DNA from: Eledone cirrhosa
Taxonomy: Eukaryota
Direction: 5' to 3'
Assembly: GCA_964016885.1 (NCBI GenBank)
Contig: OZ024744.1
Location: 117,242,001-117,306,000 of the forward strand
Length of the DNA stretch: 64,000 nucleotides
The notes beneath the pieces were generated by a model. That model had not been told where the DNA came from. It searched no databases and worked only from the letters and a program-made list of their open reading frames with translations. Of the stretch, positions 23,756-38,029 are shown piece by piece (position 1 is the stretch's first letter; each line of letters begins with the position of its first letter). A program made the position numbers and the translations under genes.

Positions 23756-26700
23756 TATTTCTTTATTAGCCACAAGGGCACACAAGAAAAGGGGACACTA
23801 CAAAGACACACGCCGGGGATTTTACATACAGTCGTGTAAAAATATTGAAACAAACAAATATAACAATCAAAATCCCCAATAGCGAGAGGCGCCACAAATG
23901 GGTTGTTTAATACCCCGTCGATAGAACAACCCTCAACTCCAGGAGCGTGTTGTACAAGTGCTCCTTTCTTCCTTTTGCTATCTTCTTTAACCTACAGGCT
24001 TATAAACAGAGAAGGCCCAATCTCTCGGGCCATTTTCGCTTCATTCACCCATCTTTCAGTAAATTTACTGGGGTGCAGTGCCTCTCTCTCAACTCTGATT
24101 CTCCTTCTAAAGTGGTATCTAAAGAAGGGAATGAGTTGTTGTCCGGAGAGAAAGTCATTTGCCCCATATGTGACAGCAGTTGTTCTGCATAGATCTACAG
24201 GTTGCTTATGCCCAGGCAGTGTACAATTGCATGCAGGACGGTTTCAATGTCCTGCTCGCATCTTGGACACGTCCTCTTGGAAAGATCCCTGCCGGGGCGT
24301 CCGTGCCTGTAGATCTTATCTCAAACTGGTAGAGCTCCTTGGTAGCACTGCCAGGCCAGGGACCTCTGGAAGTTGTCTATAGGTCCCAGGCAGAAAGTCC
24401 TACCGAACAGACTGGTGAGCTCGTCGTCCTCGATGCCTAGAATCTCCCCGAGCACGTCGTCGCACTTGTAAAGTACTAACCCTCTATAGAATGTCGAAGT
24501 GGAGTCTCCACTGATTGCTGTGCCTGCTTGACAGAGGACTGTGAGCGCCTGGGTGCATTCAATGTGCCAGGCGCCCATCTTCTTTGGTCTTTGCTTCACC
24601 CAGGACTGCAGCTCAGTCAGCGAGACAAGTTGTGGGAAGGCCTGTCTCACAAACGGTGCCCACACCGGTTGGTCGGTGAGGAATACCTGGAGATGTCGTA
24701 GCCTCAGCGCATGTTTGCGCATCATTAGCCACGGCATGCCCGGCCCTCCGTTGGCAGGGTGTTGACAGCAGATGGATCTCCTCACCAGAGGAGCCTGCTT
24801 CTTCCACAGGAACTGGAAGAGCATGCGTTCCAGTTCCATCTTGGTGAGGTGTTCACGGGGACAAGGCATGACAGTCAAGCGGTAGTAGATGACGGACGCT
24901 ATGAAAGTGTTCGCCACCTCATCTCGACCTTTCAAAGACAGTTTGTACCTGCCCACTTCTGGGTGAACACAAATACCTTGGCCGTGACCTCGTTCCAGTT
25001 TTTCTCCACCTGGAGGTCTGGACCGAACCAGACCCCTAGCAATTTCACCGGTCCTTCTGTCCAGCATCCGACAACGCTGTCAGACAACATCGGTTTGCCT
25101 CTCCATGTTCCAAGTTGCAAACCAACAGGCTTGTCCGGGTTCAGTTTTGCTCCTGTGAGCCTTTCGTATTCCTGTTGTAGGTTGCCGATTACCTTGATTT
25201 CTGAGGTTTTAGACACCATAACCGTCATTTCGTTGGCACAAGCCGACGCCGCTTTTCACAGTCCCAGTTCTAAAGGGATGCCCTGCAAAAGCTCCAACTT
25301 CCGCAGTAGTGGCTCTAGAATTGATACGTACAGAATGGAGGAGAGAGAGCGCATTCCTGTCGAATGGAACGCGTGATTGTGAATGGCTTCTATAGGTAGT
25401 CGTTCACCTTGACCCTTGAGCAGATGCTGGTGTGAATCGCCTTGATCCAGCCTCTGAAAACAGGACTGAAACTGGCCGCCTTGAGAACTGCTTCCAAGTA
25501 TCGATGGTCGACCCTATGGAATGCCTTAGACTGATCCAAATTGATCAGAGCCCCACCGAAGCCGGGTTTACTACCCACCCTCTCTATGATGTATCGCATG
25601 AGGTGGAGGTTGTCGTGTATGGACCTCCTGGTCGGGATTGCACATGTTTGCACTTTCCCTACCAGGTTCTCGATGACAAGCGCCAGCCTCGTTGCTAGCA
25701 CCTTGGCCAAAATCTTTAACTCTGTGTTGAGCAGAGTTATGGGCCTGAAATTGTTTATTTCGTCCCCCTTGTTCTCGTCTTTCCTGATCAGCGTTACTAC
25801 GCTATTGCCTGCAGAACTGGTAATTCTCCCGTTCTGCTGCCAATAGCAGTAGACGGCTTCAAGGACACCAGAGAACAAGTCCAGCATGCCTATGTAAAAC
25901 TCATAGGGTAGACCATCTAGACCAGGTGATTTGCGTTTCCCGCAGCGGCCCAGAGCGTCCCGTACCTCAGTGGCTGTGATCGGTCTTTCGCAGAACTCGG
26001 TGTCTGTGCTCGAGAGATGTGGCAGGCTGTCGAGGTATGAACCAAAGTCCATTGCCCCGTTCGGTGCACCGTCGTTCTGCTCAAACAGTCATGCAAAGTG
26101 CTGCTGCTTGGGGTCAAGTAGCACGCGTCCGTTTTGGTCTTTCAAAGACCGAATCGTGGACTTGTTGTCACTTTTCGCCTCCGTCACTCGGGCCCAGTTA
26201 ACAGCTTTTGCTCCCTCATTTCCTAGAGCACGTGATTTACTTCTGACCACGCAGCCTTCGTGTTTCACATCGAAGAACTGGTCCAGTGTTGTTCTCGATG
26301 CTAGCACTCTAGCTGCGTTGCCACTCCTAATCGCCTCTTCTACCTTGGCTACTAGTTCTGTTTCTGATTTGTTTTTCTCTAAAGCTAATTCTCTGCTAAA
26401 CCCTATCGATTCTACTCTAATTGCTCTCTTGAGAGAGTACCATCTATTGTTGACGATGGCTCCCATCAACTCTTACGTAACTAATCTACTTATCCATTCA
26501 CTGTAGGCTTTTCATGCCGGCAACGACACGTTCAGCTTCCAGTATCCGGGTCCTTGTCTATGTATTCTATCACGGTTGACTATGCAGATGACTAGTTCGT
26601 GATCTGAATAGGCAACCATTTGCATTTGTGGACAGCTTAACATCTTCTTGTCCTTTTCTCTAATGAAAAACCTATCTAGATACGATCTAGATGTCCTGCT

Positions 26701-27983
26701 GTGGTTTGCCCACGTCCACTGTGGGGCAGTCAGGAAATCTAGTCGATATCTATTGGCCAGTTGGAATTGACCGATTAGATTTTTGAGGCTGTTGCACCCG
26801 GCTCTACTGGGACATGCTCCCACATAGTCCCATCGAGCATCTAGGATACCATTCCAGTCCCCCACTAAAAGCATGGAGCGAGACGTTCCCAGAAAAGACT
26901 CTAGATGCTTAAAGAAATCTGGCCGCGATTGTGATTTCCCGGTCGGGCATAAACGGCCATTAGTCTGAAGGCTCCAACTCCAATACTGTTCACATCTAGG
27001 ACTACCAGTCTACCGTCCGGGTCCAAGTGTACCTACTGTACTTCGAGATCCAGATTTTTCCGAAACATGACAGTCCACCTCCCGGCTGACAGAGAGATGC
27101 GTAGATCTCAAAGTCATTGAAGATGGGGGTTAGTTGCTGCCTGTTGTGGATCCTGGACTCGGTGATGACTATCACATCCATACCGTGTGACCTAAGGTCG
27201 TTTAAAAGTTGGCCCTGTTTCCAGGGCATCCCTAGGCCATGCACATTCATGCTTCCAACTCGTAAGTCAGCCATGTTGGTGGAGAAGAGTTGGCGAAAGA
27301 GGACGAAAAGGTGCACTTACCTTTTCGTTTCCTGGAGATCGGGTTGTTCAATCTCCATTTGGGTGCTGGTGTTGAGTGGGGTGGGGGAACATTTCAACAG
27401 GACACGGTTTATTGGTTTTTGGCAGGGGTTGTCAACGTCCTATGAAAACTGTTCTTTCGATTTCTGATAGGTTTCCATCGAAACCCTTATTAGTTTTATG
27501 TGTGGTTGAGAGTCTGCTTTTACAAAAGTTTTCCCCTCAGTTTCTACTTTGGGGTGTTGGGAGATGTCCTCCATTAGGTTTTTGTTGTTTGTGTTAATGT
27601 ATGTGTATTGTTGTTTGTTTTTTTGTTGTATTGTTTTGGTTTGTTGTTCATTTTGTAGTTTTCTTTTTATGGTGGGCATTTGTGTTTGGGGTGGTGCTGG
27701 TGTTTGTTTTGCTGATGAGGGGGTGGTGGTGATTGTGGTGGTGTTTGTGTTGTTGTTTGTGTTGGTGGTTGTGTGTTCGTGTTGGTGATTGATGTTTTTG
27801 TGGCTTTGTGGTGTCTCTTTTTTTTTATTTCCGAGGCTCTCCTTCATCTTCACTTGGGGATGGAGAAGTAGCCTTGTCTGGCGATTGAATCGTCATCAGG
27901 GGTGTGTGGGAGGGGTATGATGTGTGGCGATGGTGTGTTTGTGTGTAAGATTGTGGTAGTGTTGGATAGGGTGGGATGGGGTG
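23756..27983 (-). mobile_element. L1/Tx1-clade LINE, 5'-truncated in ORF1, disrupted ORF2
   Basis: APE endonuclease (VGSMNVHGL, ITESR, VGDWN, SYLDR, SDH), RT (KSPGLDGLPYEFY, RPITLLNTELKILAK, LDQSKAF), C-terminal Cys/His region; low-complexity ORF1 tail. Confidence 0.93.
23990..27274 (-). pseudogene. Tx1-like ORF2 (endonuclease-reverse transcriptase), many frameshifts
   Basis: Split over ORFs 27002-27316, 26512-26874, 26089-26469, 25390-26052, 24932-25228, 24321-25067; YADD position reads CANE; 3' end approximate. Confidence 0.88.
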
Positions 27984-27995
27984 GATAGATAGATA

Positions 27996-29323
27996 TGTTT
28001 CTTTATTAGCCACAGGAGCTCAAAAGAAGGGGACAAATACAAAGGGGGAAGTTTACATATAATAAAAACGTGTAAAATGCTATCACAAATGTAATTTAAA
28101 AATTAATCGATTTTCCCCAATAGGGGGAGACATTTCATATGGATAACACATACTCCCGAAAAGATGTGCAACCCTCATCTCCAGGAGTATGAAGAGTTTG
28201 TACCCCTTCCTTCTCTTCCTCTTTTTCCTCGACCAACAGGCTGATATAGGGAGGAGGCCATTCACTCGGGCCATTCTCGCCACTTTCACCCACCTTTCAT
28301 AAAACTTGCTGGGGTACAGCACCTCTCTCTCCATCCTGATTCTTCTTCCAAAGTGGTATTTGAAAAAAAGAACCAGTTGTTGGCCGGAGAGAAAGGTGTC
28401 TGACCTCAGCCCTTTCAACCTTGTCCACCATACAACCTCTTTCACCATAGCTATCACACAAAGGAAAACTGCCTCTCCTTTGTTTTTGAAGGAGGGTGGA
28501 GGTTTGATCATGACAATGGACTCGGTGGTCAACCGGATTGGTCCCACCCATGACAATAGTCATTCTACATAGCCCCACAGGTCGGTAACGCCCGGGCAGT
28601 GTACGAATGCGTGCGCGACGCTTTCTTCGTCTCGCACGCATCTCGGACAGATCTTTTTCGAAGGGTCCCTGCCCGGGCCTCCATGTCTGTAGAGCTTGTC
28701 TCGAACTGGTAGAGCTCCTCAGTAGCACTGCCAGGCCAGGGACTTTTGGAAGTTGTACATCGGTCCCGGGCGGCACGTCCTACTGAACAGACTGGCCAGT
28801 TCATCTTCCTCTATGCCTAGAGTTTCTCCGAGCACATCGTCGCACTTGCTGTGGATCAACCCTCTATAGAATGATGAAGTTGAACCTTCACTGATCGCCG
28901 GGTCTACCTGATAGAGGGCTGTGAGCGCCTGAGCACATTCGATGTGCCAGTCGCCTATTTTCATCGGTCTTTGCTTGACCCAGGACTGCAGCTCGGTCAG
29001 CGAGACGAGTCATGGGAAGGTTCGCCTCACGGACGGGGCCCACACCGGTTGTCCGGTGAGGAATACGTAGAGATGCTGCAGCCTGAGCGCGTGTTTGCGC
29101 ATCATCAGCCACGGCATCCCCAGGCCTTCGTTGGAAGGGTGTTGGCAGCAGATGGATCTTCTCACCAAAGGAGCCCGCTTCTTCCAAAGGAATTGGAAGA
29201 GCGCGCGGTCCATTTTGGTGAACGTTTTGGCTGGACAAGGCACGACGGTCAAGCGGTAGTAGATGACGGACGCTATAAAAGTGTTCGCCACCTCCGCTCG
29301 ACCTTTCAAGGATAGTTTGCACT
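27996..29323 (-). mobile_element. second, diverged Tx1-like LINE copy, 5'-truncated
   Basis: KGRAEVANTFIASVIYYRLTV..; FQKSLAWQCY; same 3' end TTTCTTTATTAGCCACA as the first copy. Confidence 0.92.
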
Positions 29324-29365
29324 GATAGATAGATAGGTTTAATATTGAGTGTGTATATATATATA

Positions 29366-29399
<34 letters not shown>

Positions 29400-29402
<3 letters not shown>

Positions 29403-30575
29403 TCATCATCATCATCATCGTTTATTGTCCATCTTCCATGCTAGCATGGGTTTGGACGGGGGTTTTCCCACTTGAGCAAAATTGGTTGTCTTGCTCGCAT
29501 AGGACTGTCTGGCGGGTTTTCTACGGCTGGATCCCCTTCCTAACACCAACCACATTTACAGTGTGGACTGGGAGGTTTTTACCGTGTTGCCTACACGGCC
29601 ACATTACAGCGTGGACTGTGTATATTTTTCTGTTGTGACACCTACACGACCTCATTTATTTTGGACTGGATGTTGTGGTACCAACATAACTTTACATTGA
29701 AAGGGGTGGTGTGGATGGGGTGGGGGTAGTGGGATGGGTGTATTTTGTTAAGAGGTGCCTACTGACTGTAGGTTTTGCTTTGTACTTAGGCAAGGCGGGT
29801 CTTCTGTATTACTGTGTAGCGCCAAAGATCTCGGTCCAGTGACATTGTCTTGGAGAGGTGTAAGTGTGTGAGGTCGGAATTTATCAAGTCGTCCCAGGTT
29901 TTTCTGGGTCTGCCTACTCCGTGGCTACCGTCTATTTTTATCGCCCTGCACTTTTTTATACAGCTGTCGTCTTTCATGCGCATCACGTGACCATACCAAC
30001 GTAGTCTTCTCTCGAGTAAACAACATCTGATTCCTCTTATTCCTAATTTCTCCCTTAGTTCATTTATGGTTTGCCGTTCACGTATATTACTATTACACAT
30101 TCAATGGAGCAAGCAAGCTTTGTTCCTCTCCAGTCTGCATATATCCTCTGCACACAATGCCCAGGTCTCACTGCCATGTAACATTGCTGTTTGTATGCAG
30201 GCATTATACAGCCTGCTTTCATTTTCAGAGAGAACCCTTTAGCGGCCAATAGTGGTATAAGCTCTCTGAACTTTTTCCATCCCGTTCTGACTCTAGCTAC
30301 TGTACTTTCAGAGCACCCTCCACCACTGCTGATTTTGTCACCCAGGTTAATTTTAAGGCCTTTTGATTCTAGGCCATGCTTCCATGTTTGGAATTTCTTC
30401 TCTAGTTCAGCCATTGATTCAGCTATGAGCGTTAGATCATCTGCGTATAGGAGTTCCCATGGGCAGTCGGTCTTGAACTCCTCTGTTATAGCCTGAAGGG
30501 CAATAATAAATAGTAGGGGGCTAAGGACGGAGCCCTGATAAACACCAACTTTTACGCTAAACTCTTCACTATATT
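29400..30575 (-). mobile_element. RTE LINE fragment with 3' UTR and (GAT)n tail
   Basis: GVYQGSVLSPLLF, WELLYADDL, RRLRWYGHVMRM, GRPRKTW; internal deletion. Confidence 0.9.
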
Positions 30576-30884
30576 CGATATATATATATATATATAAAAA
30601 TAATATAGCAGTATATCTATAATTTATAATAAACGAAGCCAAATTTAACATGTTTGACTTCATTATTTTAAATTGCCGAGGTTAACTTTGCCTTTCATCC
30701 TTAAGGGGTCGATAATATAAAGTACCAGTAATGTACTGGGTAATTGCTGGCCTTGTGCCAAAAGTAGAAACAATTATTTTACATTACTCCGGAGTAAACA
30801 AACCAACCCGTGTACTTCGTCGAGTGCTCCAATCTGCATACTGAGGTGTCGGTAAACAACCAACATATACTCAACATATATATA

Positions 30885-32220
30885 TAGAAATATTAAAACA
30901 ATGAAATTAAACACAAAACTGTTAATTCATAGTAAAACACATTATTTTACGATCGTTTCTGGGGGGTAGTTCTCTGTATGTTCATTCAATTATTGATCTA
31001 TGTAAAACATATTACAAAATATCAGAGTGAGAAAAGAATACATACGTCTTCACTACCCGCCATCTTCAGAAATAATGAGTTTTGTTTATTGAAGAATACA
31101 AAAAAAACATAAATATGAATAAATATGAATAAATATGAGTAAGGTTTTATAACCAGGTTGAAATTGACCATTGTTAAGAATGGAAAGGGGCAGTATAAAT
31201 CCTTAAGGTTGGCGGTAGTAGATGAAGAAATAGGTCATCAGTGGATAAGGTATGAAATGTCTTTTAAGAAAAGAAATGAAAGTTGTTAGTGTAAATGAGT
31301 TTAGGCATATTGTATATAAAAGTATTGATGGTCAAAGAAGATTATGGTTGGAGGAAAAGGGGTACTGAGATTAGGGTGTTACATCAAGTAGAATGGAATA
31401 GAACAATCTTAAAAAGTTAGTTATTTCTTTGTTGTGAGGAATAATTTGTTCTAAAAATATATAATATAAAAAATATATATACACATGTATAGTACACATG
31501 TTTATATATAGGCATACATTTATGCATATACATACTTATACACACACAGATATACATATTCACACACACACCTATACTCGAACATTTATTCACCTATATC
31601 TTTTTCTATATTTGTTTAGTTGTATTTATAATATTTGAATGTCCTTCTAATTTTATGGTTACATACTAAAATTAATTCTTGTCTTTTATTTAATAGAGTG
31701 TCCTTCGATTTAATAATTTCAAAAATTTCTTGGGAACACAGTCTGCACTCCCTTCTATTGCCCTGATAAGAAATAGTTCTCTTAAGAATCTTCCAAGTTA
31801 GGTTATATTTAATATTCTTCTTTTTACAATTATTAACTGCTTCTGCTAAAGAAGTGGTATTTGCTAATTTTGTGTTTCGGAAACTGTGAGTGTGTGCATA
31901 AAATCTCGATTTAAATGGATTAGAAGTGGATATCTCACTATGATATTTTGTAATGTTTTAGATAGATCAATAATTGAATGAACATACAGGGAACTACCCT
32001 CCAGAAACGATCGTAAAATAATGTGTTTTACTATGAATTAACAGTTTTGTGTTTAATTTCATTGTTTTAATATTTCTATTGACTCTGTATCCAATTGAAT
32101 TATATCGTTGATAAAAATTTTTGTATTTTAAACTTTGCTTCACGACATCTACATACGGATTACATTGAGTTCTTTATATGGTTTAGACCCTACCATTGAG
32201 TGGTAGATTTATCTGTGTAT
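30885..32220 (-). mobile_element. Penelope-like element: GIY-YIG C-terminus, 3' terminal repeat and inverted repeat copy
   Basis: Minus strand ~31620-31932 translates FKSRFYAHTHSFRN..TSLA..YNLTWKILKR..CRLCSQE..LLNKRQEL..CNH; 30885-31024 is inverted at 31941-32078. Confidence 0.85.
30940..31077 (-). ncRNA. type I hammerhead ribozyme with extended stem II
   Basis: Stem I CATTATTT/AAATAATG, CTGAAGA, stem II TGGCGGGTAGT/ACTACCCCCCA closing a long insert, GAAA, stem III CGATCG, GUA triplet. Confidence 0.75.
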
Positions 32221-32259
32221 ATATATATACATCATATGTATATATATATATATGGTGGC

Positions 32260-32850
32260 TGCCAACTCGTTTTCGAGTACGGCCACTACTTTATATCCAT
32301 GTAGGAGAACCCCTACCGATGCGCTGAACACGTGTGACTTTTTAGTCCAGCCAGCGACTTGAAAACTCTGGTACAAACACTACACTTGTGACAATTATTG
32401 ACACACAGTGCTGGTACCATGTGACGACAAGTGCAGGGAGATCTCCAGATATAAAGCAATGCCTGTGCCGTGAAGCTTTTATAGTGAGCAAAGGCACTGC
32501 ACAAAGCCAATCCCACTCTCTTAACCAAGATGATATTTACCAAAAAGAAGAACAAGTCAACATCATTGGATACCATCAGGGTTGCAGGTGTTATATCAGA
32601 GTTTTCCTTCTCCTAGAATTCTGCCTTGACAAAGGCTAAGGGGTCATCTCTCCCGGTGATTTTGGATGGCTATTGACTCATAAGAGCTCCTTTGACTTTG
32701 ACAGGTTTTGTTTTTAGTCCTGCAGGATGTCCAAAGTCACCCTCCTCACCAAGAAACCTTGGTGGGGTTGCCAGTTTAGTCGCCAACGACCCGACCATGG
32801 GACAGGTTGTACTGGGATACATGTTACCAGTAGCACCAACTGGTGACCTG
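32260..32850. mobile_element. RTE-like LINE remnants (C-terminal C2H2 finger and UTR-like sequence)
   Basis: Minus strand CSVCTRVFKSLAGLKSH; the rest is recognised only loosely. Confidence 0.5.
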
Positions 32851-32960
32851 ACATATATATATACACATATATATATATACATATTTATATATGTATATAT
32901 ATATATATGTATATATATATATCCTTTTTAAAAAAAGCACTTTCATTTTATATTCATCCT

Positions 32961-33010
<50 letters not shown>

Positions 33011-33209
33011 CGGGATCACCGGTGCACTCGACCTGCCCTTCGCCGTCAGGTCTCGTCGCTTGTCACTGATCTGTTTACGACTCTTGCCGGGGAGAAATAT
33101 ATATATATATATACAAAGAGGGAGAGAGACATGTAGACAGATATATAAAAATACACACACATGACTATATATATATATTATTTAATGTTGGATGTGTAAA
33201 TGTCAGAGA

Positions 33210-36200
33210 TATACCACTACCACTACTACAACTATTACTACCACCACTACCACTATCACCACTACCACCACTACCACCACCACTACCACTACCATTACTA
33301 CCACCACTACCACCACTACCACCACCACTACCACTACTACCACCACCACTACCACTAATACCACTACCACCACTACTACCACTACCACCACTACTACCAC
33401 TACCACTACTACAACTATTACTACCACCACTACCATTACCACCACTACCACCACTACCACCACCACTACCACTACCATTACTACCACCACTACCACTACT
33501 ACCACCACCACTACCACTAATACCACTACCACCACTACTACCACTACCACCACTACTACCACTACCACTACTATCACCACTAACACTACCACCACTACCA
33601 CTACCACCACTACCACTACAACCACCACCACTACCACCACTACTACCACCACAACCACCACTACTACCACCACTACCACCAACGCTACTACTACTACCAC
33701 CACCACAACTACTACTACCACTACCACCACTAACACCACCACTACCACTACTACCACCACTACCACTACCACCACTACCACTACCACTACACCACTACCA
33801 CCACCAGCACCACTACTACCACCACTACCACCACTACTACCACCACTACCACCACTACCACTACCACCACTACCACTACCACCACCACTACACCACTACC
33901 ACCACCACTACACCACTACCACCACCACTACACCACTACCACCACTACCACCACCAGCACCACTACTACCACCACTACCACCACTACTACCACCACTACC
34001 ACCACTACCACTACCACCACTACCATTACCACCACCACTACACCACTACCACCACCACTACACCACTACCACCACTACCACCACCAGCACCACTACTACC
34101 ACCACTACCACCACTACTACCACCACTACCACCAACACTACCACTACCACCACCACTATCACTATCACCACCATCACCAGCACTACCACCACCACCAATA
34201 CTACCACAACCATTACCACCACTACCACTACTACCACTACCACCACCACTACCACTACCACAACCAATACCACCACCACCACCACTACTACCACCACTAC
34301 CACAACCAATACCACCACCACCACCAATATCACCACTACCACCACCAGCACTGCCACCATTACCACCAACACTGCCAGCACTACCACCACAATTAGTACC
34401 ACCACCACCACCACCACCGCCACTAACACCACAACTACAACTACTACCACCACCACCATCACCACTACCACCACTACCACCACCACTACCACTACTACCA
34501 CCACCACTACCACTAATACCACTACCACCACTACTACCACTACCACCACTACTACCACTACCACTACTATCACCACTAACACTACCACCACTACCACCAC
34601 CATCACCACCACCGCCACTACCACCACAACTACAACTACTACCACCACCACCATCACCACTACCACCACCAACACCACCACCACTACCACTGCCACTACC
34701 ACCACTACCACCACCACTACCACAACCACTAATATCACCTCCACCACCACTACCACTACCACTACCACCACTACCACCACCACTACCACTACCACCACCA
34801 TCACTACCACCACCACCACCACCATCACCACTACCACCACCACTACCATCACCACCACCATCACCACCAACACCAACACTACTAACACCACTACCACCAC
34901 CACTACTACCACCACAACCACCACCACCATCACCACCATCACCACTACTGCCACAACTACAACTACTGCCACTACCACCACCACCACCACCATCAACCAC
35001 CACCACCACCACCACTACCACTGCTACTACCACCACAACCACTACCACTAACACTATCACCATCAACCACCACCACCACCACTACCACTGCTACTACCAA
35101 CACAACCACAACCACTAACACTATCACCACCACCACTTCCACCACTACTACCACCACCACCACTATCACCACCACCACTACGACCATCAACACCACTACC
35201 ACTGCTACTACCACCACTATCACTACCACCACTAGCACCACCACCACTACCACCACTACCACTACCACCACCACTACCACCACTACTACCACAACCACCA
35301 TAATCACCACCATCACCACCACTATCACCACCTCCACCACCACCACTACCAACTGCACCACCACCACTACCACCACCACCATCATCACCATCACCACCAC
35401 CACCACCACCACCACTACCACAACCACCACCATCACCACCACCACCATCACCACCGTCACCATCATCACCACCATCACCACCACTATCACCACCTCCACT
35501 ACCAACTGCACCACCACCACTACCACCACCACTACCACCACCACTACCACCACCACTACCACCATCAACCACCACCACCACCATATTCACCATCACCACC
35601 ATAACTACCACTACCATCACTACCACCATCACCACTGCAACCACCATCACCACCATCATCACAACCACATCAACCACCACCACCACCATCATCACCACCA
35701 TCACCACCACCACCATCACACCAACATCATCATCACCACCACCACCATCACCACACCACCACCACCATCACCACCGTCACCACCATCCACACCACCATCA
35801 CCACCACCATCACCACCATCACCACCACCATCATCACCCTCACCACCACCACCACCATCACCGCCACCAACACCACCACCACTACCACTGCCACTACCAC
35901 CACTACCACCACCACTACCACAACCACTAATATCACCTCCACCACCACTACCACTACCACTACCACCACTACCACCACCACTACCACTACCACCACCATC
36001 ACTACCACCACCACCACCACCATCACCACTACCACCACCACTACCATCACCACCACCATCACCACCAACACCAACACTACTAACACCACTACCACCACCA
36101 CTACTACCACCACAACCACCACCACCATCACCACCATCACCACTACTGCCACAACTACAACTACTGCCACTACCACCACCACCACCACCATCAACCACCA

Positions 36201-37100
36201 CCACCACCACCACTACCACTGCTACTACCACCACAACCACTACCACTAACACTATCACCATCAACCACCACCACCACCACTACCACTGCTACTACCAACA
36301 CAACCACAACCACTAACACTATCACCACCACCACTTCCACCACTACTACCACCACCACCACTATCACCACCACCACTACGACCATCAACACCACTACCAC
36401 TGCTACTACCACCACTATCACTACCACCACTAGCACCACCACCACTACCACCACTACCACTACCACCACCACTACCACCACTACTACCACAACCACCATA
36501 ATCACCACCATCACCACCACTATCACCACCTCCACCACCACCACTACCAACTGCACCACCACCACTACCACCACCACCATCATCACCATCACCACCACCA
36601 CCACCACCACCACTACCACAACCACCACCATCACCACCACCACCATCACCACCGTCACCATCATCACCACCATCACCACCACTATCACCACCTCCACTAC
36701 CAACTGCACCACCACCACTACCACCACCACTACCACCACCACTACCACCACCACTACCACCATCAACCACCACCACCACCATATTCACCATCACCACCAT
36801 AACTACCACTACCATCACTACCACCATCACCACTGCAACCACCATCACCACCATCATCACAACCACATCAACCACCACCACCACCATCATCACCACCATC
36901 ACCACCACCACCATCACACCAACATCATCATCACCACCACCACCATCACCACACCACCACCACCATCACCACCGTCACCACCATCCACACCACCATCACC
37001 ACCACCATCACCACCATCACCACCACCATCATCACCCTCACCACCACCACCACCATCACCGCCACCAACACCATCCCCCACCACCCCTACCACCACCATA
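33210..37100. repeat. 3.9-kb cryptic (ACC/ACT/ATC)n microsatellite with a 1198-bp internal duplication
   Basis: Identical ORF translations at 34993-35568 and 36191-36766, and at 35063-35719 and 36261-36917 (offset 1198). Confidence 0.95.
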
Positions 37101-37404
37101 TAATGTCCATTTATATTATTAATATGATTATAAATAAATATATATTTCGTAGTTTATTCGCCTCTTTCATCATCAGCGATGCCAAACTATTCTAATACCG
37201 CCACCTACGTCACACTTAGAATTCTCTTTGCTTTATTATCATCTTTATTAATGGCTACATGTTTTTATTGAATCCTGTCTGGTTCTGTCTCGCAGACACA
37301 GTTCAAAGTTCACTTATTTCCACCTCCACTTTAATCTCCCACATACTCCTTCTATTATTTCATACTTCTTTACCCAACCATAACATGTATGTACAATTAC
37401 ACCC

Positions 37405-37435
<31 letters not shown>

Positions 37436-37726
37436 CTCACCCTTTGTGTCCTTGACACTTTATTTCACATCACTCCACTTTACTCAGCTGTAGAAATAAG
37501 TTGTGATGTCACTGGTGTCAAATTGTGACATCACAACTCACAACCTTTCCCTTGGACAACATCATATATAATCTGTACTATAAAGCTGACGGCCGTATGT
37601 AGGTAACAAACTTTCCGCCAAGCGGCTGGGCCAAACAGCACCAAATTTGCACCATAGATGTAACTTTTTCCAAGTAAGAAAGTGAGGGTATTTTTGTCTA
37701 CTGAATTCTGTTAAAAGATTAAAGAC

Positions 37727-37916
37727 CGGGTGGTGGATTAGCAGTATCGGTAGAGGGTCGGACACCATGCTTTCCAGCATAGTTACGTCCCTTTACAATC
37801 TGAGTTCAAATCCCGCCGAGGTTGACTTTGCCTTTCATCCTTACGGGGTCGATAAAATAAAGTACCAGTAATGCACTGGGTAATTGCTGGCCTTGTGCCT
37901 AAAGTAGAAACAATTA
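37727..37916 (+). mobile_element. Nin/Deu-type SINE
   Basis: Near-identical to 8208-8396. Confidence 0.88.
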
Positions 37917-38029
37917 TTTAAATATTCAATCTGTGAACGCAGATGTAAATATTTCGAAAAATGTTGCAACCGAAGGAAAACAGGAAGACGATACTTTGGT
38001 TCGTGAAGACGTTCCCTGGCATAAGAATA

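Noticed and set aside
33192-35051. 619-aa Thr-rich mucin-like ORF
   Set aside because: Translation of a trinucleotide tract; repeat phase shifts between Thr, Pro and His; no signal peptide or splice support.
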